A DNA stretch of 64,000 bases from Octopus vulgaris (lineage: Eukaryota): assembly GCA_951406725.2 (NCBI GenBank), contig OX597823.1, positions 4,154,001 to 4,218,000 of the forward strand, in the 5' to 3' direction. The notes beneath the pieces are model-generated. The model did no database searches, was not told the origin of the DNA, and saw only the letters and a program-made list of their open reading frames with translations. Below are positions 62,301-64,000 of the stretch, piece by piece. Numbering within the stretch: position 1 is the stretch's first letter; each line of letters begins with the position of its first letter. The translations under genes and the position numbers were made by a program.

Positions 62301-62819
62301 TTCTTTCTTTCATAATTTCACACATCACTGCACAATAGAACAATCATCAGAACTCTTATTCCAAATTTTCACCCAGAGGCATCTGAGTAGCAGAAGGTGT
62401 GGGGTGGGAGAGAAGGTATTATTGTCATGCTTGTATTATTGATTGGTAAATAATCAAAGATTTAAAGAAATGTTGGTCGTGATCCTAATTAGTTGTTTAG
62501 GTATAAAATTTTTGTACAACTTATATGTTGTTAGTCACTGATCCAGGGCTAAATTTTTTCTTTCAATGTTCATTATGTTTATTACATTTAATTAATTAAT
62601 GTGTTCGGATTCTGATTTTTGTTTTGTTTTTTGTTTTTTATTTCTCTCTAACATCTTTGCCGTTGCCTACAGGGTCGTCTTCCAGACTCTTACGACAGAC
62701 TTCTGCAAGAACTAAACTCTGAACTGAATTGGTTTACTGATGCTGAACAACTGCTTAAAGAAGACTCTGCAGTTAGTTGCAACATTAAGGAATTGACTGG
62801 ACAGCGAGATGCACAAAAG
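1828..62819 (+). CDS. MACF1: Spectraplakin (Shot/dystonin/MACF1/VAB-10 family), internal portion: plakin domain, two giant plakin-repeat exons, start of spectrin rod; 18 exons, partial at both ends
   Basis: Exons join in frame through GT-AG sites. Plakin-domain signatures HPAAKTIE, WSWLIQL, IIPLK..VRALC (SH3), PSICFMLPPPDEEA and YIREAKIYD are followed by plakin/plectin repeats and a spectrin-like helix. The symbol is family level: invertebrates have one DST/MACF1 co-ortholog. Confidence 0.93.
2780..3068 (+). mobile_element. SINE/LINE-tail repeat family D with (GAT)n tail
   Basis: 'gtggttggtgttaggaagggcatc...ccatgctagcatggaacacggatgttaaatgatgatga', shared with copies at 5490, 12410, 30025 and 32345. 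Confidence 0.75.
3241..3274 (-). ncRNA. Degenerate minimal hammerhead-ribozyme-like motif, probably a Penelope-like element terminal-repeat remnant
   Basis: Minus strand reads CCAACGA-A-GAGC-TCC-GCTC-GAAA-CGTTT: stem II, GAAA and palindromic AAACGTTT; the first core box deviates from CUGANGA. Confidence 0.5.
3645..3850 (+). mobile_element. tRNA-derived SINE, family B (diverged copy)
   Basis: 'ttctgagttcaaatcctgccaaggtcaactttg...taccagtt.cacactggggtcaatgtaatc' matches the 18785 copy. Confidence 0.75.
3933..4028 (+). CDS. Plakin-domain exon (SSMTSLHTYWSWLIQLTSCQQALIDSTDQYQK)
   Basis: caaag|TCC acceptor, AAG|gtaagg donor, 96 nt, conserved WSWL motif. Confidence 0.92.
4070..4303. mobile_element. 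TTAA/CCCT-type MITE (diverged), same family as 29590-29810
   Basis: Shares internal 'tttagtaaaataattttgtcattattaagctggtgtttagaacataaattaac'; ends 'gaaaggttaa'. Confidence 0.65.
5490..5795 (+). mobile_element. Repeat family D, young copy
   Basis: CpG-rich, tail 'gcatggaaaacggacgttaaacgacgacgac'; close reverse-complement copy at 32345-32645. Confidence 0.85.
5923..6045 (+). CDS. Plakin-domain exon (FYNEAEDCRNWISQQ...FLKDLQ)
   Basis: ttttcag|TTT acceptor, CAG|gttctt donor, 123 nt, spectrin-repeat-like helix. Confidence 0.9.
6639..6785 (+). CDS. Plakin-domain exon, start of SH3 (EMHKMLDS...IIPLKSR...VRALCSIQQPT)
   Basis: caccag|GAA acceptor, ACG|gtaagt donor, 147 nt. Confidence 0.92.
6985..7047 (+). 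CDS. Plakin SH3 middle exon (HTTQKGDVCVILDSSDVTRWK)
   Basis: tttttcag|CAT acceptor, AAG|gtaaga donor, 63 nt. Fits the SH3 pattern KGD.C.LLD.S...WK; absent from the ORF track. Confidence 0.9.
7385..7770 (+). mobile_element. SINE family A head with alternative (family D-like) 3' half
   Basis: Same head as the 735 copy; 3' half shared with 17905-18270, 27745-28110, 31900-32240 and 48960-49320. Confidence 0.75.
7909..8000 (+). CDS. Plakin SH3 end exon (VQTTKGVVTLLPSICFMLPPPDEEAILYAR)
   Basis: aaacag|GTT acceptor, AG|gttggt donor, 92 nt, ends phase 2; PSxCF.PPP motif. Confidence 0.92.
9043..9157 (+). CDS. Plakin-domain exon (LKDDLLNLRQLWK...VQKWNQKT)
   Basis: ttttag|A acceptor, ACC|gtatgt donor, 115 nt, phase 2/0. 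Confidence 0.9.
10008..10182 (+). CDS. Plakin-domain exon (FSGLEPSQREAIWKALNDD...STKA)
   Basis: ctttcag|TTC acceptor, G|gttaga donor, 175 nt, phase 0/1. Confidence 0.9.
10320..10820 (-). mobile_element. SINE family A (reverse) with an unrelated ~110-nt insertion (~10560-10670) in its microsatellite
   Basis: 'gatttcagtcatcgaactgtggccatgctggggcac' and 'ggctttggttggcctggggctataatagaagacatttgccc' are reverse complements of family A. Confidence 0.75.
11051..11208 (+). CDS. Plakin-domain exon (SKEMKTPKQVLVQQLD...VLQKHQ)
   Basis: aaacag|AA acceptor, CAG|gtatct donor, 158 nt, phase 1/0. Confidence 0.9.
11941..12153. mobile_element. piggyBac-like MITE (TIR CCCTTTAGCATT, TTGA/TTAA flanks)
   Basis: Starts ttga|CCCTTTAGCATT, ends AATGCTAAAGGG|ttaa; further copies near 16648-17057, 21837-22060 and 46776-46945. 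Confidence 0.85.
12763..12920 (+). CDS. Plakin-domain exon (ELDSTFKKYEKELE...QKWNSLISLSQIYME)
   Basis: acacag|GAA acceptor, AG|gtaaat donor, 158 nt, phase 0/2. Confidence 0.9.
13070..13315 (+). mobile_element. tRNA-derived SINE, family C
   Basis: 'gtgttcttgagcaaaacacttcatttc...ccagtccactcagctggcaaaaatgagt'; copies at 23440, 31385, 63530 and reverse at 60255-60580. Confidence 0.75.
14331..14469 (+). CDS. Plakin-domain exon (MKTVEIFVSRTDEIKEFIKEIED...REELQ)
   Basis: tttacag|A acceptor, CAG|gttact donor, 139 nt, phase 2/0. Confidence 0.9.
16010..16612. mobile_element. hAT (Charlie-like) MITE containing a nested SINE
   Basis: TIRs CAGCGCTTCTCAAA / TTTGAGTAGCACTG; 8-bp TSD gtttagac / atttagac. 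Confidence 0.8.
16196..16570 (+). mobile_element. SINE family A, near full length
   Basis: 'gcgcaggagtggctgtgtggtaagtagcttg...ggttccgagttcagtccc' through to 'aatgactgaaacaa'. Confidence 0.88.
17179..17372 (+). CDS. Plakin-domain exon (EIQSRVQQKQPLIDNL...QWDAMCIQIIE)
   Basis: tttcag|GAA acceptor, AG|gtcagt donor, 194 nt, phase 0/2. Confidence 0.92.
18423..18582 (+). CDS. Plakin-domain exon (LRSVDSALQLLSLYH...EKQWVQQ...LLDPTM)
   Basis: ctctcag|A acceptor, ATG|gtaaga donor, 160 nt, phase 2/0. Confidence 0.92.
18785..19015 (+). mobile_element. tRNA-derived SINE, family B, young copy
   Basis: A-box-like TGGCAGAATCG, B-box-like GAGTTCAAATTC, CpG-rich; diverged copies at 48190-48830, 49522-49735, 60858-61000 and reverse at 11300 and 46135. 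Confidence 0.85.
19891..20301 (+). mobile_element. 5'-truncated CR1-type LINE: ORF2 C-terminus, 3'UTR and (TAAC)n tail
   Basis: YEERLRTLDLYSLEKRRRRGDLI...RGHSEKL...FSVRVADPWNKLP...FKASLD is the typical CR1-group ORF2 end; stop at 20220; tail aactaactaactaact. Confidence 0.92.
20687..20716 (-). ncRNA. Decayed minimal hammerhead-ribozyme-like motif (Penelope-type)
   Basis: Minus strand reads CTGATGA-A-GGGC-CCTT-GCC-AAAA-TGTCA: intact CUGAUGA box, with the GAAAC box apparently eroded by CpG-type changes. Confidence 0.5.
22485..22892 (+). mobile_element. Degenerate CR1-type LINE 3' end (second family)
   Basis: Frameshifted remnants HKIIH..SNTRG..YKIK..RRHFF..RIAEAWNKLPASVV..ASFK; its tail 'tgtggtgcacctgagcactgt' recurs in reverse at 30250-30302. 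Confidence 0.8.
23846..23929 (+). CDS. Plakin-domain exon (AIYNALGERRHQIEAMNRYGGQYIREAK)
   Basis: ttacag|GCA acceptor, AAG|gtaagc donor, 84 nt, phase 0/0. Confidence 0.92.
28812..29103. mobile_element. hAT-type MITE
   Basis: Termini CAGTGGCAGAC / GTCCACCACTG; perfect 8-bp TSD gttttggc at 28804-28811 and 29104-29111. Confidence 0.85.
29590..29810. mobile_element. piggyBac-like MITE (perfect 12-bp TIR CCCTTTCGTTAC, TTAA TSD)
   Basis: ttaa|CCCTTTCGTTAC ... GTAACGAAAGGG|ttaa; relatives near 588, 4070, 13900, 25770 and 63300. Confidence 0.9.
31008..31217 (+). CDS. Last plakin-domain exon (IYDKKMKQYADSL...GAETIREELDLLNTTY...VDMK)
   Basis: tttgcag|ATT acceptor, AAA|gtaagt donor, 210 nt, phase 0/0. 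Confidence 0.92.
31739..31897. mobile_element. Short hAT-type MITE inserted into a SINE head
   Basis: Termini CACTAG...CTAGTG; perfect 8-bp TSD tttgcttc (31731-31738, 31898-31905); the SINE resumes after it. Confidence 0.85.
32345..32645 (-). mobile_element. Repeat family D, young reverse copy just upstream of giant exon 1
   Basis: Reverse complement of 5580-5795; (CAT)n at its left end is the (GAT)n tail. Confidence 0.85.
32881..45279 (+). CDS. Giant plakin/plectin-repeat exon 1 (12,399 nt, 4,133 codons)
   Basis: Long polypyrimidine tract ending ttttag|TTT at 32880/1 and ACG|gtaagt donor at 45279/80. The uninterrupted ORF has tens of repeats of the type V.DP.TG...S..EAI..G.ID, in frame with the upstream exon. 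Confidence 0.93.
37890..39550 (+). repeat. Coding tandem repeat: 36-nt (12-aa, xDVPQRGQPPSx) unit with 108-nt (36-aa) higher-order repeat
   Basis: The DAL(H/Q) sub-unit recurs every 108 nt from 38188 to 39376 (12 occurrences); monomer copies lie at 37900-38100. Confidence 0.97.
46995..47358 (+). mobile_element. SINE family A
   Basis: Same head and tail as the 735 and 16196 copies. Confidence 0.85.
48190..49735 (+). mobile_element. Cluster of SINE family B copies (about four) plus one family A variant
   Basis: Repeated 'ctgagttcaaat...gaggtcaactttgcctttcatcc...gtaccagttgag' blocks. Confidence 0.75.
50443..57948 (+). CDS. Giant plakin/plectin-repeat exon 2 (7,506 nt, 2,502 codons)
   Basis: aattttcag|GGT in-frame acceptor, with an in-frame TGA at 50419 limiting the 5' end; AAG|gtatgg donor. 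Many divergent plakin repeats (e.g. VIDPDTVQSITLRRAASLGLID). The 5' boundary is less certain than the 3'. Confidence 0.88.
54900..56000 (+). repeat. Degenerate coding repeat, about 28-29 aa (84-87 nt), motif ~Q(E/Q)TLQ(D/N)....TV.DK
   Basis: Motif starts at 54913, 55000, 55207, 55294, 55366, 55453, 55537, 55624, 55711, 55876 and 55963; many spacings are exactly 87 nt. Confidence 0.65.
58016..58174 (+). promoter_or_regulatory. Cluster of ACTAAY motifs (candidate STAR/Quaking splicing elements) downstream of giant exon 2
   Basis: ACTAAC at 58016 and 58040, ACTAAT at 58169, all within 230 nt of the donor. Confidence 0.45.
62673..62819 (+). CDS. First spectrin-rod exon (GRLPDSYDRLLQELNSELNWFTDAEQLL...QRDAQK)
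   Basis: cctacag|GGT acceptor, AAG|gtaagt donor, 147 nt, phase 0/0; spectrin helix-A pattern L.W...E..L; absent from the ORF track. Confidence 0.9.
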
Positions 62820-63529
62820 GTAAGTCCTTCCAAATAATTTTAATGCATAAAGTTTATGGGGTTTTGAATCTTAGTTTTATCTGTTTTCCAAGGTCGAATC
62901 ATACAAAGTACCAGTAATAACCTGTGGTTAATTCAGTCAACTGTATTTCCTTTCTTTTCTTTTTTGTCTTTCTGTGTGCAATCATAACACTGTTACATAT
63001 TCATCATCAGAGTTTTAGAGTAGCTGATTTAAGTCTTTTGAGTACTGAGTAAAATATTTTGTGGTATTTGGTTATGGCTCTTTATATTTTGGGTTCAAAT
63101 CCTACCAATGTCAATGTTGCTTTTCATTATGTGCAGAGTAAATCAATTATTTCCACTTTCTGTACCTTTTTCATTCTCTCTTTCTCTCTCTCTCCATTCA
63201 TATCCAAAATAGAGACAACTACCAACATTCCCATATGGTCCACCTGAAAATTGTAAAGAGATCTCTTTGCATGAAACCATTGGTGATCAAAGTGAAAAAC
63301 CTTTCATGTTCCAAACACCAGCTTTTATAATGAGTTGTTTTACTTCCTTATCTTCAAGACTATTTATAAGCAAAGACAATTCAACAGAAATATAGATCGT
63401 TTTTAGTCCTGTAACTCTAAAACTCGTTTCAAAGTTTTTTTGTTTAAATTAAAAGCATCTGCTCCAGTTTTATGTAAGAACATTTTTATGTTCCAAACAA
63501 TATTTGCATTTATCTATAAATGTAAAAGT

Positions 63530-63770
63530 GGAGGCACATGGTTTACAGTTTAGGGTGTTGAACTCATTATTGTAAGAATGTAGTTTTGATACCTGGACTG
63601 GGCAATGCATTGTTCTTGAGTAAAACACTTCATTTCGTATTACTCCACTCCATTCAGCTGGTAAAATTGAGGAAATATGTGAAGGACCAGCATCCTATTC
63701 AGAGAGGAATATGTACACTAGAAAAACCCAGAAACCAGCCCCTATGCTCCTTATCAAGTGAAGTGGACTA
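63530..63770 (+). mobile_element. SINE family C
   Basis: Matches 13070-13315. Confidence 0.75.
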
Positions 63771-64000
63771 TCCATAAATGTAAAAAATTTAGTTTTCATT
63801 AAATCCTCCCAAATTCATCCTCACCATGAAGGTCCACTCTTATACTCCATCACCACTATTTAAATCTGTTTCGAGCTCCACCCTGGTTCTTCCCACCCAC
63901 CCTTCTATAGCACAGATAGCTGTGTAAATCCTCTACAACAAGTAACCTGTTCTGTTCTGGACCCTTCTCTCATACTTAAATTGATCATCTTCTGCCGTCC

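Overview
Eukaryotic, AT-rich DNA dense in microsatellites and SINEs. The repeat families resemble those of a coleoid cephalopod, probably Octopus (inference). The whole window lies inside one plus-strand spectraplakin gene (Shot / dystonin / MACF1 / VAB-10 family). I traced 18 coding exons by hand, all with GT-AG sites and a continuous reading frame (22,074 nt, 7,358 codons). Fifteen small exons encode the C-terminal part of the plakin domain including its SH3 insert (1828-31217). Two separate giant plakin-repeat exons follow (32881-45279, 12,399 nt; 50443-57948, 7,506 nt), then the first exon of the spectrin-repeat rod (62673-62819). The gene start and end are outside the window. Both giant exons are phase 0/0, so each could be included or skipped independently, and each has its own tandem-repeat spacer: a young 36/108-nt higher-order array in one, a cryptic eroded 84-87-nt repeat in the other. 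The introns hold tRNA-derived SINEs, CR1-type LINE ends, TTAA- and hAT-type MITEs (nested with SINEs in both directions) and two decayed Penelope-type hammerhead-like motifs. No database search or expression data were available.
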